Notes: a model not told the origin generated them from the sequence alone. A stretch of 32,000 nt of DNA from Candidatus Electronema aureum (GCA_004284765.1 NQJD01000022.1:1-32000); one strand, 5' to 3'; shown: positions 1-8,322, numbered from the stretch's first letter. Translations and numbers: made by a program.

Positions 1-428
1 TCCCAAGAGCCTTCATTCTTGTATAAACAGACTGATGCTTGACAGAAAAGAACATCGCTCTTTCCTCAAGAGTCGCTGAAGGATTTTTCAGAACATGCTC
101 AAGAAGAGCCTCGTCGCTGAATTTTTTTGCACGATATTTTGTCCTTTTATAAGGCTCAATGCTTCCTGTTTCTTTGTATTTTCTTATCCATCTGTTCAGG
201 GTATCCAAACTTATTAGGAGTTACGCAGTTGGTTTTGCAACCCGTTGATTTTGTTCAACTGGCGATTTGTGCAGCAAAAGAACAATTTGCTGTAATAATT
301 GAACTTTTAATTTTAACTGCGTAACTCCTACTTATAATAAAAATATCAAGAATTTCTTTTTTGGATATCCCTGATTCATAATTCTTGATCACCCTTTCTC
401 TCAAGTCATTGCTGTATGCTTTAGTCAT
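1..428 (-). pseudogene. IS630-family transposase, N-terminal part; runs off the window edge and is disrupted by a 121-bp insertion
   Basis: Minus-strand translation gives MTKAYSNDLRERVIKNYESGISKKEILDIFIIS (428-330). After the insertion, in another frame, it gives ISLDTLNRWIRKYKETGSIEPYKRTKYRAKKFSDEALLEHVLKNPSATLEERAMFFSVKHQSVYTRMKALG, open to position 1. This is an HTH-type N-terminus typical of IS630/Tc1-like transposases. The two pieces rejoin in frame when the insertion is removed. Confidence 0.75.
215..330. mobile_element. MITE-like non-autonomous element: 116 bp, 16-bp perfect terminal inverted repeats, 5-bp CTTAT target-site duplication
   Basis: taggagttacgcagtt (215-230) is the exact reverse complement of aactgcgtaactccta (315-330). 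Direct cttat copies flank it at 210-214 and 331-335. The element has no coding capacity, and its excision restores the transposase reading frame. Confidence 0.8.
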
Positions 429-684
429 TTCACGTAACACGTTAATTTTAATTAGTTAAATAAAAAATAACCTCTCAGGTTGTAAATTATAACACAACTG
501 ATTTAAAACTTAAACACTATAGCATGGAGTGGAAGCGGCGGGCTGCTTTGCGGGATTTTCTCTGTTGACAGGGGGAGATGTGCTGCGTAAAGTGGTTGGT
601 CAGGATGTTGCAATTTTTCTGTGTATCGTGCTGAAGCTACAGGATATACAGTTCTGTATAATGTCTTGTTAGGCATAAAAAACA

Positions 685-1371
685 ATGTGTAAAATAACCA
701 AGAAGTTCGTCTTTTCCGAGAAAGATGACGGAAAGCGCCGTTTGATTTGCAGAGAATGCAGGCGAGAAACGTTGCATTCAATTGTCTACTCATACAACGA
801 AAGGGGCAGTCAAGATTGTGATGGCGGGTACTCCGTAGATTGGGACTGCAAAAATCAAATCATCCAATGCCTGGGTTGTGAAACGGTTTCATTTCGCACC
901 ATATCCACATGTTCCGAAGATATGGATTACAATGACGATGGCATGTATTACCCAGAAGCCATTAAGTATTATCCAGGACGTTCAGTGGGCTTGAAGTCCA
1001 TCGAGTCCGACTTGTTACCGTACAACATACGAAAAATTTACGAAGAAACCATGCTATCAATTGATAATAAGCAATATATACTAGCAGGTATTGGCATAAG
1101 AGCAATAGTCGAAACTGTATGTAAAGACCTTGATGCAAAAGGAAGCAATCTATTTGATAAAATTAACTCATTAAGAGAGATGTCAATAGTAACATCTGAA
1201 GGCGCAAATACTCTTCATAAGCTGAGAGTGCTTGGTAATGATGCTGCTCACGAGGTAAAAGCACATAATTCACAGCTATTAGAACTTGCCATGGAAATTA
1301 TTGAGCATATGCTTGATGGCACATATATTATCCCAAGCAAAGTTCAGCATGTATTTCCAAAAAATGGCTAA
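685..1371 (+). CDS. zinc-ribbon + DUF4145-domain protein (HEPN-like C-terminal domain, function unknown)
   Basis: 228-aa ORF in AT-rich DNA. It has two CxxC pairs (CRECRRE, CLGCE). The C-terminal block ILAGIGIRAIVETVCKDL...LHKLRVLGNDAAHE is recognised as DUF4145. TATAAT at 657-662 lies just upstream. Confidence 0.6.
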   Translation: MCKITKKFVFSEKDDGKRRLICRECRRETLHSIVYSYNERGSQDCDGGYSVDWDCKNQIIQCLGCETVSFRTISTCSEDMDYNDDGMYYPEAIKYYPGRSVGLKSIESDLLPYNIRKIYEETMLSIDNKQYILAGIGIRAIVETVCKDLDAKGSNLFDKINSLREMSIVTSEGANTLHKLRVLGNDAAHEVKAHNSQLLELAMEIIEHMLDGTYIIPSKVQHVFPKNG

Positions 1372-1532
1372 CAATCGCAACCGGCTACAGGAAGGAGAAA
1401 GGCTGGCAAACAGGGCGGGCCTGTTGTTGCAGGCGCAGCGGAAGCTCCCAGCTGCCCTGCATGGCGCACCCCTGAGCGGTTTGCCACTCCGCTTCACCGA
1501 AGCACTGCTGTAAACCAGTTATCTATAAAACA

Positions 1533-2531
1533 ATGCCCCCTTATCTTGATTTTCTGCCTACAGCATTAAAGAATACAATTACCCGCCTACATGAAGAAAA
1601 GCAGGCTTGGATTAATCAGCCTAAGAAAGGCTTCTTGCGCTACCAAGAACCGATAGCCAAGCTATCGCATCTTCGGGCCTCTCTTCTTGATCTCAGCGGT
1701 GATGTAGTACGCATCGGCAATCGTGCTGATCTTAACGATGCTGAACACGAGCAAGTGCTGCGCTTGCTGAGAACCTTCATGCCGTGGCGTAAGGGACCGT
1801 TCTCGATTTTTGGTACAGAGATTGATGCAGAATGGCAAAGTTGGCGCAAGTGGAATCGCTTGTTACCTGCCTTGCCTGATCTCAAGGACAAGGTGATTGC
1901 GGATGTCGGCTGTAACAACGGGTATTATATGTTCCGCATGGCGGCACACGCACCCAAGATGGTGCTGGGTTTCGAGCCGTATGCCCAGCATTACTTTACC
2001 TTTTCCACTCTCAACCGTTTTGCTGGCGTAGAGAACCTCTTTATCGACCTATTAGGCATTGAGCATCTGCCGCTCTTCCCTGACTGCTTCGACGTGATTT
2101 TCTGCCTCGGTATTCTCTATCATCGGCCCTCACCGATTGATGCGTTGCGCGAGCTGCACATGGCACTCAAGCCGGGTGGTTGCCTTTTGTTAGAATCACA
2201 AGGCATTAGTGGCGAGGAACCAGTGGCTCTCTTCCCAGAGAAAACCTATGCCAAGGTGCCGGGTACGTGGTTTGTACCCACAGCCTCGTGTCTGCATAAC
2301 TGGCTGATGAGAAGTGGGTTTACTGATATTGAATGCTTCTGTCAGCATCCGATGAGCAGCGAGGAGCAGCGGCGAACAGACTGGATGCTTTTTGAATCCT
2401 ATCAGGATTTTATTGACAAGATGAACCCGATGCGTACAATAGAGGGGCATCCTGCACCTTGGCGAATATTCTTCAAGGCAGGAAAGACGCAGCCCAAAAG
2501 CTATGCCTGCCCTTTGCGGCAGAAAAGTTAA
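1533..2531 (+). CDS. cmoB: tRNA U34 carboxymethyltransferase CmoB
   Basis: 332-aa ORF collinear with E. coli CmoB as recalled: MPWRKGPFSIFG, EIDAEWQSWRKW, DVGCNNGYYMFRM, LYHRPSP, EEQRRTDWM, EGHPAP. Confidence 0.9.
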   Translation: MPPYLDFLPTALKNTITRLHEEKQAWINQPKKGFLRYQEPIAKLSHLRASLLDLSGDVVRIGNRADLNDAEHEQVLRLLRTFMPWRKGPFSIFGTEIDAEWQSWRKWNRLLPALPDLKDKVIADVGCNNGYYMFRMAAHAPKMVLGFEPYAQHYFTFSTLNRFAGVENLFIDLLGIEHLPLFPDCFDVIFCLGILYHRPSPIDALRELHMALKPGGCLLLESQGISGEEPVALFPEKTYAKVPGTWFVPTASCLHNWLMRSGFTDIECFCQHPMSSEEQRRTDWMLFESYQDFIDKMNPMRTIEGHPAPWRIFFKAGKTQPKSYACPLRQKS

Positions 2532-2557
2532 TATTTATATTCCATGAGGTGATTTTT

Positions 2558-3112
2558 ATGATGAAGGCAGCAGAATGCACGCTGTATCACGGCGGTCTCA
2601 AGGGCGCAGAAACTCTCTTTGGCGAGCTGGCAGAAAAATACGGCGCAAAGGAAGTGATCTTCACCTTTGAAGGTCACCGGTTGAACCGCGACCAAAACGC
2701 AGTGTTGCTGACCGAAGACGACCTCCAACGAGGTGACATCAGCATGGAAATCGCCTCGCGGATGATGAATCGCACCTACTATGAAACTGAAAAGATTCGG
2801 CGGGTACTGCAAGCCATTTTCCACATGGTCAACAAGGGCCATCAGGTCTTTGTCATTGGCACTATCTTAGAGGACAACTCGGTTAAGGGCGGCACTGGCT
2901 GGGCAGTGGAGTTAGCCAAGCTCTTTAATCGGCCTCTGCATGTTTTTGATCAGAATCGCAAGGGCTGGTTCACGTGGCATGATGGGATTTGGCAGCCAGA
3001 GGAACAAGCACGAATCTCCTTTGATACCTATGTTGGTTCAGGCACTCGCTATTTGAGCGATGAGGGGAAACTGGCCATTGAGCAGTTGTACGCTGACAGC
3101 TTTGGTGACTGA
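2558..3112 (+). CDS. hypothetical protein, possible SLOG/DprA-like Rossmann-fold protein
   Basis: ATG at 2558 is preceded by gaggtga (2546-2552). The upstream part of the track ORF (2459-2557) overlaps the cmoB tail. Motifs YHGGLKGAE and GGTGWAVELAKLFNRPLHVF resemble DprA/LOG-type nucleotide-binding folds. Function not established. Confidence 0.5.
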   Translation: MMKAAECTLYHGGLKGAETLFGELAEKYGAKEVIFTFEGHRLNRDQNAVLLTEDDLQRGDISMEIASRMMNRTYYETEKIRRVLQAIFHMVNKGHQVFVIGTILEDNSVKGGTGWAVELAKLFNRPLHVFDQNRKGWFTWHDGIWQPEEQARISFDTYVGSGTRYLSDEGKLAIEQLYADSFGD

Positions 3113-3214
3113 TTCAAAAGTCAATAGGGCAGGCCCGCCGCCGCCGGGCAGCCGCTGCTGCACAATGCCGCCGGCTTTGGTGACTGATTCAAAAGTCAAT
3201 AGGGCAGGCCCGCC
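3099..3214 (+). repeat. 41-bp perfect direct repeat, two copies (3099-3139 and 3174-3214), 75-bp period
   Basis: gctttggtgactgattcaaaagtcaatagggcaggcccgcc occurs twice, identically. The first copy contains the last codons and stop (3110-3112) of the upstream gene. The second copy continues into the hairpin agggcagg/cctgccct (3201-3208 / 3220-3227). Confidence 0.95.
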
Positions 3215-3235
3215 CCGTACCTGCCCTGCTTCCCT

Positions 3236-3868
3236 ATGAGAATCAAACCGTATCAGGAACATGCTCTGCGCTACGACCGCTGGTTTGACGACCACCGCTT
3301 GGTCTATGAGGCGGAGTTGCAGGCGGTTCGTACTTTGTTGCCTACAAGCGGACGAGGTGTAGAAGTCGGCGTAGGCACGGGAAGATTTGCTGCGCCGTTG
3401 GGTATTTGTATCGGTGTGGAGCCATCGGAAAGCATGGCTGCGTTGGCTCAACAGCGAGGCATTAAGGTCATCGGCGGCGTGGCAGAAGCACTGCCACTGG
3501 GCAATGCTACCGCAGAATTCATCCTGATGGTAACGGTCATCTGTTTTGTCAGCGATCTTCAGCAAACCTTTCGTGAAGCATGGCGAGTCTTAGCTGACAG
3601 AGGGCAGCTTGTAGTTGCCATGATTGACCGCGACAGCCCGCTGGGACAGAAATATGCGGCCAAAAAGCAGCAGGGCAGCCTCTTCTATCAACAGGCAACC
3701 TTTTATGCCGTTGATGAAGTGGTCTCTGTCATGAAAGAGATTAGCTTTGCCGAATTCAGCTTCTGTCAGACAATCTACCAAGACGTGTCTGCAAGTACGG
3801 CGCAGGAGCAGGTACGAGTGGGGCATGGCGAAGGGTTGTTTGCTGTCATCCGGGGAGTGAAGAGATAA
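3236..3868 (+). CDS. class I SAM-dependent methyltransferase (Methyltransf_11-like)
   Basis: 210-aa ORF with SAM-binding motif I VEVGVGTGRF, and an acidic residue after beta-2 (GVEPS). Confidence 0.8.
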   Translation: MRIKPYQEHALRYDRWFDDHRLVYEAELQAVRTLLPTSGRGVEVGVGTGRFAAPLGICIGVEPSESMAALAQQRGIKVIGGVAEALPLGNATAEFILMVTVICFVSDLQQTFREAWRVLADRGQLVVAMIDRDSPLGQKYAAKKQQGSLFYQQATFYAVDEVVSVMKEISFAEFSFCQTIYQDVSASTAQEQVRVGHGEGLFAVIRGVKR

Positions 3869-3871
3869 AAG

Positions 3872-4177
3872 ATGATCAGCGGCAAAGAAATTGCAGAAGC
3901 GAAAGAAGTGCTGCATCTGCCGGAGCGAGCATCAATAGCTGAAATCAAAGCGAGCTACAGAACGCTGCTCAAACAGTGGCACCCGGACAAATGCGGCGGA
4001 GACAAGGCGGAATGCAATGAAATGACCCAGAAGATCACTGCCGCCTACAAGCTCATCATGCTGTATTGCAGTCAGTATAAATTCCCCTTCACGCAGAAGG
4101 AGATAGAGCAGCATGTCTCGGATGAGGAGTGGTGGGCCGAACGCTTTGGCCATGATCCTTTATGGGGCAGGCACTGA
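3872..4177 (+). CDS. J-domain (DnaJ-like) protein
   Basis: 101-aa ORF with IKASYRTLLKQWHPDK, containing the HPD tripeptide. It starts 4 nt after the methyltransferase stop. Confidence 0.8.
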   Translation: MISGKEIAEAKEVLHLPERASIAEIKASYRTLLKQWHPDKCGGDKAECNEMTQKITAAYKLIMLYCSQYKFPFTQKEIEQHVSDEEWWAERFGHDPLWGRH

Positions 4178-4195
4178 ACGAACGTCTGCTGAATT

Positions 4196-4230
4196 AAAAA
4201 ACGGTCTCCCGAAAAGACTTCAGGAGACCG
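4196..4230 (-). terminator. rho-independent terminator of the DUF485-actP operon
   Basis: 8-bp GC-rich stem cggtctcc (4202-4209) / ggagaccg (4223-4230). On the minus strand it is followed by a T6 run (A6 at 4196-4201). It lies 44 nt after the actP stop. Confidence 0.75.
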
Positions 4231-4274
4231 TGTGAGCTGGGCAGATTACTCTGCCCGATGTAGATTTCTCTCGC

Positions 4275-6011
4275 TCAGTGCTTGCTTGATCCTTCCGCAC
4301 CGATGCCTATGTAGGTCCGCACCTTCTCAGACTCAAACATATCTTCAGCCGTTTTCTCCCGCTTCATCAGGGAGACCAGAATACCCATCAGAAAAGCCAA
4401 GCCCATGGAGAACACGCCTGGGTTCTTCATCTTAAAGGGCGCGGGCTTCACAGCGGCCTTCTTGGTGACCACTTCAGCTTTAGCAATGGTCAATTCAGCT
4501 TCCTTGCTTGCCTTTAACTCAGGGGTAATATCGGCGGCTTTGAGTGCCTTCTCGATACCAGTCACCTTTTCATTGGCAGCGACCAGTTCCTTCTTCGGTG
4601 CAGACTGCATAACATCCTCATATACAGTCGGCGACAGCATAATCAGTGTCACCGCCACGATCATACCGGTGAAGATGCTGGTTACTGCGCCTGCGGTGGT
4701 GAATCGCTTCCAGACGATGGACAACAGCAGGGCCGGGAAGTTGGCACTGGCAGCCACGGCAAAGGCCAGACCGACCATGAAGGCCACGTTCTGCCCCTTG
4801 AAGAGCAGGCCCAGCAGCACCGCTGTGATGCCCAAGCCAATCGTGGCAGCCTTAGCCACCTTCATTTCTTCTTTCTCGTTCGCTCTGCCGCTGCGGAACA
4901 CGCCGACATAGAGATCATGGGAAAGGGCTGAGGCACCGGCCAGGGTCAGACCAGCAACAACCGCCAGAATGGTGGCAAAGGCGACTGCGGCCAAGAAGCC
5001 CAACAGCAGGCTACCGCCCAAGTTCTCAGCCAAGACCATGGCGGCCATGTTGCCGCCCTTGTCAATGTCCATGATGACATTTTTGCCGACCAGCACCACT
5101 GCGCCGAAGCCAATGGTCACGGTGAGGATGTAGAAGTAGCCGATGAAACCTGTTGCGTAGAACACGGACTTGCGCGCTTCGCGGGCATCGGGCACCGTGT
5201 AGAAGCGCATCAGGATGTGGGGCAAACCGGCGGTACCGAACATCAGGGCGAGGCCCAGCGAGAAGGCATCGAGCGGATCAGAGACCAAACCGCCCGGCTC
5301 CAAGAAGGAGCTGCCGTACTTGTCAGAAGCCATCTGGAAGAGCTTGCCGTAGCTCCAGTCGATATCAGCATGGTTTAAGGTCAAAATCACTAGCAGGGTT
5401 GCGCCGCCGAGCAGCAGCACGGCCTTGATGATCTGCACCCAGGTGGTGGCGAGCATTCCGCCGAACAAAACATAGGCAATCATCAGGCCGCCGACGAGGA
5501 ACAAAGCCGACTCGTAGGGCAGGCCGAACATCAGTTTGATCAGCGTGCCTGCGCCGACCATCTGCGCGGTCAAATAAAAGAGCACCGTGACCAACGAACC
5601 GATAGCGGCTGCGGTTTTGATCGGCTTTTGCTTGAGGCGGAAAGCAACTACGTCGGAAAAGGTGAACTTGCCGAGGTTGCGCAGCGGCTCGGAGATCAGG
5701 AACATGACGATAGGCCAGCCGACCAGCCAGCCGACTGAGTAGATCAGGCCGTCATAGCCCTTGGTTGACACCAGACCGGCGATGCCGAGAAACGAGGCCG
5801 CGCTCATGTAGTCGCCGGCCAAAGCCAAGCCGTTCTGGAAGCCGGTGATGCCGCCGCCTGCGGCGTAGAACTGGCTGGCGGTTTTGGTCTTCTTCGCTGC
5901 CCAGTAAGTGATGCCCAGCGTGGCGACGACGAACAGCAGGAAACAAAGGATGGCAATCGGGTTCAGGGTGCCGATGACCGTCTGCGGTGCTTGCGTTGGC
6001 ATTCTGCTCAA
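4275..6011 (-). CDS. actP: cation/acetate symporter ActP (sodium:solute symporter family)
   Basis: 578-aa polytopic ORF. The N-terminal block [33 protein letters not shown] is typical of ActP. It has a 4-bp overlap with the upstream DUF485 gene, as in yjcH-actP. Confidence 0.9.
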   Translation of the reverse strand: MSRMPTQAPQTVIGTLNPIAILCFLLFVVATLGITYWAAKKTKTASQFYAAGGGITGFQNGLALAGDYMSAASFLGIAGLVSTKGYDGLIYSVGWLVGWPIVMFLISEPLRNLGKFTFSDVVAFRLKQKPIKTAAAIGSLVTVLFYLTAQMVGAGTLIKLMFGLPYESALFLVGGLMIAYVLFGGMLATTWVQIIKAVLLLGGATLLVILTLNHADIDWSYGKLFQMASDKYGSSFLEPGGLVSDPLDAFSLGLALMFGTAGLPHILMRFYTVPDAREARKSVFYATGFIGYFYILTVTIGFGAVVLVGKNVIMDIDKGGNMAAMVLAENLGGSLLLGFLAAVAFATILAVVAGLTLAGASALSHDLYVGVFRSGRANEKEEMKVAKAATIGLGITAVLLGLLFKGQNVAFMVGLAFAVAASANFPALLLSIVWKRFTTAGAVTSIFTGMIVAVTLIMLSPTVYEDVMQSAPKKELVAANEKVTGIEKALKAADITPELKASKEAELTIAKAEVVTKKAAVKPAPFKMKNPGVFSMGLAFLMGILVSLMKREKTAEDMFESEKVRTYIGIGAEGSSKH

Positions 6012-6319
6012 CCTCCAAAGCGTTTTTTGATGCGTTTGACCTTCTCGTCATAAACGCTGTTGGCCCAGAAAATATAAATGCCGGTCAAAATCCACGAAAG
6101 GATGATCACGCCGACCGCAATCGGAATGCCGATGGTGGTTGCTGATCCCTCGGCTATCTTTCTAGCCAGAAACGGCTTGTTGTAGGCAATCAGGCCAATG
6201 AAGCCGAAGTACAGCACCAGCTCGGTGATGGTCAAGATCAGAGAAACCTTGTTCTTCTGACGGGCAAGCTCCTTGAATTCAGGGTCTTCAAGGATGGCGT
6301 GAGGCGTTTTGTCGTTCAT
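6008..6319 (-). CDS. DUF485 (YjcH-like) small inner-membrane protein
   Basis: 103 aa with two TM segments and the motif [12 protein letters not shown]. It is the canonical partner gene upstream of actP. SD aaaggagga lies upstream. Confidence 0.85.
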   Translation of the reverse strand: MNDKTPHAILEDPEFKELARQKNKVSLILTITELVLYFGFIGLIAYNKPFLARKIAEGSATTIGIPIAVGVIILSWILTGIYIFWANSVYDEKVKRIKKRFGG

Positions 6320-6514
6320 TGTTGTCCTCCTTTTACCGGTTGATGGTGATGGGCCTTTGTTTTTTTTTTCATGCGTGGCTCCTGGATAAATAGTTGGTCA
6401 GAAGTGAAACCTGTTGATGAACTTGATTTGATTTTGTCGTGCCGCATCATCGGATGAACGCCTCTTCCGCAGCGCAGAACGGCTCGCGGCACACCTTGGG
6501 CGGTTGCGGCTCTG

Positions 6515-7072
6515 TCAAAATCTTGCGGTCAGAGTAATTCCAATATAATCTCTGCTGGCCGCAGGTGCCACTGTCACCCCTTTATACGGCTCAGTGAAAT
6601 AAAAACTGCTGATCGTGCCAATCACTGCGCCTGCAAGAACATCTTCAACATAGTGCTTGTCCGCATCAACTCTGCTGTAACCGGTAAATGCTGCGCCAAG
6701 ATAGGCAGGAATGCTGCATTGCCACCCATACCGCTTATGAATAAAGGCGGCAGCTTGAAATGTTGTCGAAGTATGCCCGGACGGAAAGGAATGATCGTCT
6801 GACTCATCGGGTCGATCTTTGTGAATCGTATATTTTAAGCCTTGGGTCACAGCTTGATTGGCAATAAATGCTTTGACGAACTGCATGCTGCCTTCAGTAT
6901 CCTTAATGTACAACGTCGAACCGAATGCCACTGCGGGTATTAACCCAAGCAAGACATCTCCAGAGGTCTCAACAACATTTGAAGCCGCTGCACACTGGGG
7001 AAAGATGGTTCCGGCAGATGCAAAAGAAAGAAAAGCTATGCTCGCTACGATCTGTTTCGTTCTGCAATTCAT
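6515..7072 (-). CDS. PAP2-family phosphatase with N-terminal signal peptide
   Basis: Acid-phosphatase motifs KDRP, PSGH and SRVDADKHYVEDV are present. The start is chosen at ATG 7072 (MNCRTKQ...), preceded by aggag with 7-nt spacing. Confidence 0.8.
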   Translation of the reverse strand: MNCRTKQIVASIAFLSFASAGTIFPQCAAASNVVETSGDVLLGLIPAVAFGSTLYIKDTEGSMQFVKAFIANQAVTQGLKYTIHKDRPDESDDHSFPSGHTSTTFQAAAFIHKRYGWQCSIPAYLGAAFTGYSRVDADKHYVEDVLAGAVIGTISSFYFTEPYKGVTVAPAASRDYIGITLTARF

Positions 7073-7189
7073 AATTTTTCTCCTGTGTGGCATTTAAAGT
7101 TACGCAGAACATCTTAAACGCACTCTGCAATGTTGCCAACGGTCCGCTCATCGCATCTTTCGCACCGCTTTTCCGCCCGCCGGACCCGT

Positions 7190-7294
7190 CGAACAGACCA
7201 ATTTAGCCGTTCAACCGATGTTCAGGGCCGCAGAACGGCCAAACAGGTCTACTCAACAGCTAGTCGGAGCGTTTCTGCGGCCCGTACTATCCTT
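7190..7294 (-). repeat. Copy A of a ~100-nt imperfect repeat (leader-like structured element) upstream of the PAP2 gene
   Basis: Aligns with 8223-8322 over about 100 nt in the same orientation. An example shared block is gccgtt.aaccgatgttca.ggccg...aacggcc...aggtct..tcaac.gct.g.cgga. It contains the conserved hairpin ggccg-N5-cggcc. Confidence 0.7.
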
Positions 7295-8066
7295 CAGCCC
7301 AGCCTGACCCGCTGCCTTGCAGTTTGAAGTAAGGCAGGAGCAGGTCTTCCATACTGTAGAAGCCTTTCGGCTTGCCTTTAAGATTCTCAACTGCGAAGAG
7401 AATGCCATTGCCGAATGCCTCGCGGGTGATGGATTCATGCTTCAGGCGGACAGTTTGATACGGAAAACCGAAGAGTATTTCATGCACACCGATAATGCCG
7501 CCCGCCCGGACTGATTTGATGCTTTCCACTTCCATGCCCAGTGTCCGGGCAATGATTTTGGCAGTTCCTGAAACCTCTTTTTTCATCTTGAAATGCTCCT
7601 CAATGACTTCAATATCCGTGTACGGCGCAATGGTTTTCAAAATTTTCGCGGCGATGAGCAGAAAGTTGATGCCGACCGTGATATTCGGCGAGTGCATCAC
7701 CACTGTCCGTTTGGACAATTTGTGCAGCCGCCGCAGCGTTGTTTTCTGATAATTGGAGATCGCGCTGACAATGGTCACGCCATGATCAGCCGCCGCGTCG
7801 CCATAATACTCAAGACCGCTCTCTGAAGAGAAGTCAATCACCGCATCAACCGGGAATCTGCTGAACAGCTCGTCAGCGGAGAACTCTTCTTTGGAGTGAA
7901 TGCAGCCCGGCTCGGCAGATTCAACACCGAGGAATTCAGGAACTGAGCGGTGCTCCAGCAGCCGAGAGCGGCGCACCACCCATTGCAGTTTGGTTTTTTT
8001 GGATTCCAGCAGCACGGAAGCGACCGCCTTGCCTGTTTTTCCAAAACCGATAATGCCAACGTTCAT
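7287..8066 (-). CDS. DapB-family (4-hydroxy-tetrahydrodipicolinate reductase-like) oxidoreductase, divergent
   Basis: N-terminal GxGxxG (IIGFGKTGKAV). The signature EEHFKMKKEVSGTAK corresponds to DapB E-x-H-H-x-x-K-x-D-x-P-SGTA, with the second His replaced by Phe. Good SD aaggagg. Confidence 0.75.
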   Translation of the reverse strand: MNVGIIGFGKTGKAVASVLLESKKTKLQWVVRRSRLLEHRSVPEFLGVESAEPGCIHSKEEFSADELFSRFPVDAVIDFSSESGLEYYGDAAADHGVTIVSAISNYQKTTLRRLHKLSKRTVVMHSPNITVGINFLLIAAKILKTIAPYTDIEVIEEHFKMKKEVSGTAKIIARTLGMEVESIKSVRAGGIIGVHEILFGFPYQTVRLKHESITREAFGNGILFAVENLKGKPKGFYSMEDLLLPYFKLQGSGSGWAEG

Positions 8067-8096
8067 TCCTGTTCCTCCTTGAGCAGTAGGTTGTGT

Positions 8097-8136
8097 AAAA
8101 AAAAGCAGGGGCAGGCCGGAAGGTCTGGCCCTGCGC
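8097..8136 (-). terminator. rho-independent terminator/attenuator 30 nt upstream of the DapB-like start codon
   Basis: Minus strand reads gcaggg...ccctgc (GC stem; alternative 7-bp stem with one bulge), directly followed by T8 (A8 at 8097-8104 on plus). Confidence 0.6.
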
Positions 8137-8222
8137 TGTCTTCATGCGGAGATGTCGTCTATTCTTCTGCTCCTTTCTGCTTTTAAAAGGCGTTTGCAAG
8201 CCATTCAGCCGCCCTTCATATC

Positions 8223-8322
8223 CGAACAACAGACCCGCCGGGCCGTTGAACCGATGTTCAAGGCCGATAAACGGCCCCAAAGGTCTGTTCAACGGCTCGC
8301 CGGATACGTTCATCGTATCCTT
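8223..8322 (-). repeat. Copy B of the ~100-nt imperfect repeat, in the leader of the DapB-like gene
   Basis: See copy A. On the minus strand gccgttgaac pairs perfectly with gttcaacggc (10 bp), enclosing the hairpin ggccg-tttat-cggcc. It is preceded by the hairpin ggatacg-atgaa-cgtatcc. Confidence 0.7.

Noticed and set aside
503-793. 96-aa minus-strand ORF between the IS remnant and the DUF4145 gene.
   Set aside because: It overlaps the DUF4145 gene start and promoter-like region. No motifs or SD. Most likely non-coding IS-flank or promoter DNA.
4400-4610. A Lys/Ala/Glu-rich hydrophilic segment of about 60 aa ([51 protein letters not shown]) before the last TM helix of ActP.
   Set aside because: Probably a lineage-specific loop. 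Without an alignment I cannot tell whether it is unusual.
6373-6514. Possible sigma-54 promoter upstream of DUF485-actP (minus-strand gcGGCACGacaaaATCA).
   Set aside because: The -24 GG element is present, but the -12 GC element is not (TC instead of GC at the required spacing). It does not meet the TGGCAC-N5-TTGC consensus.
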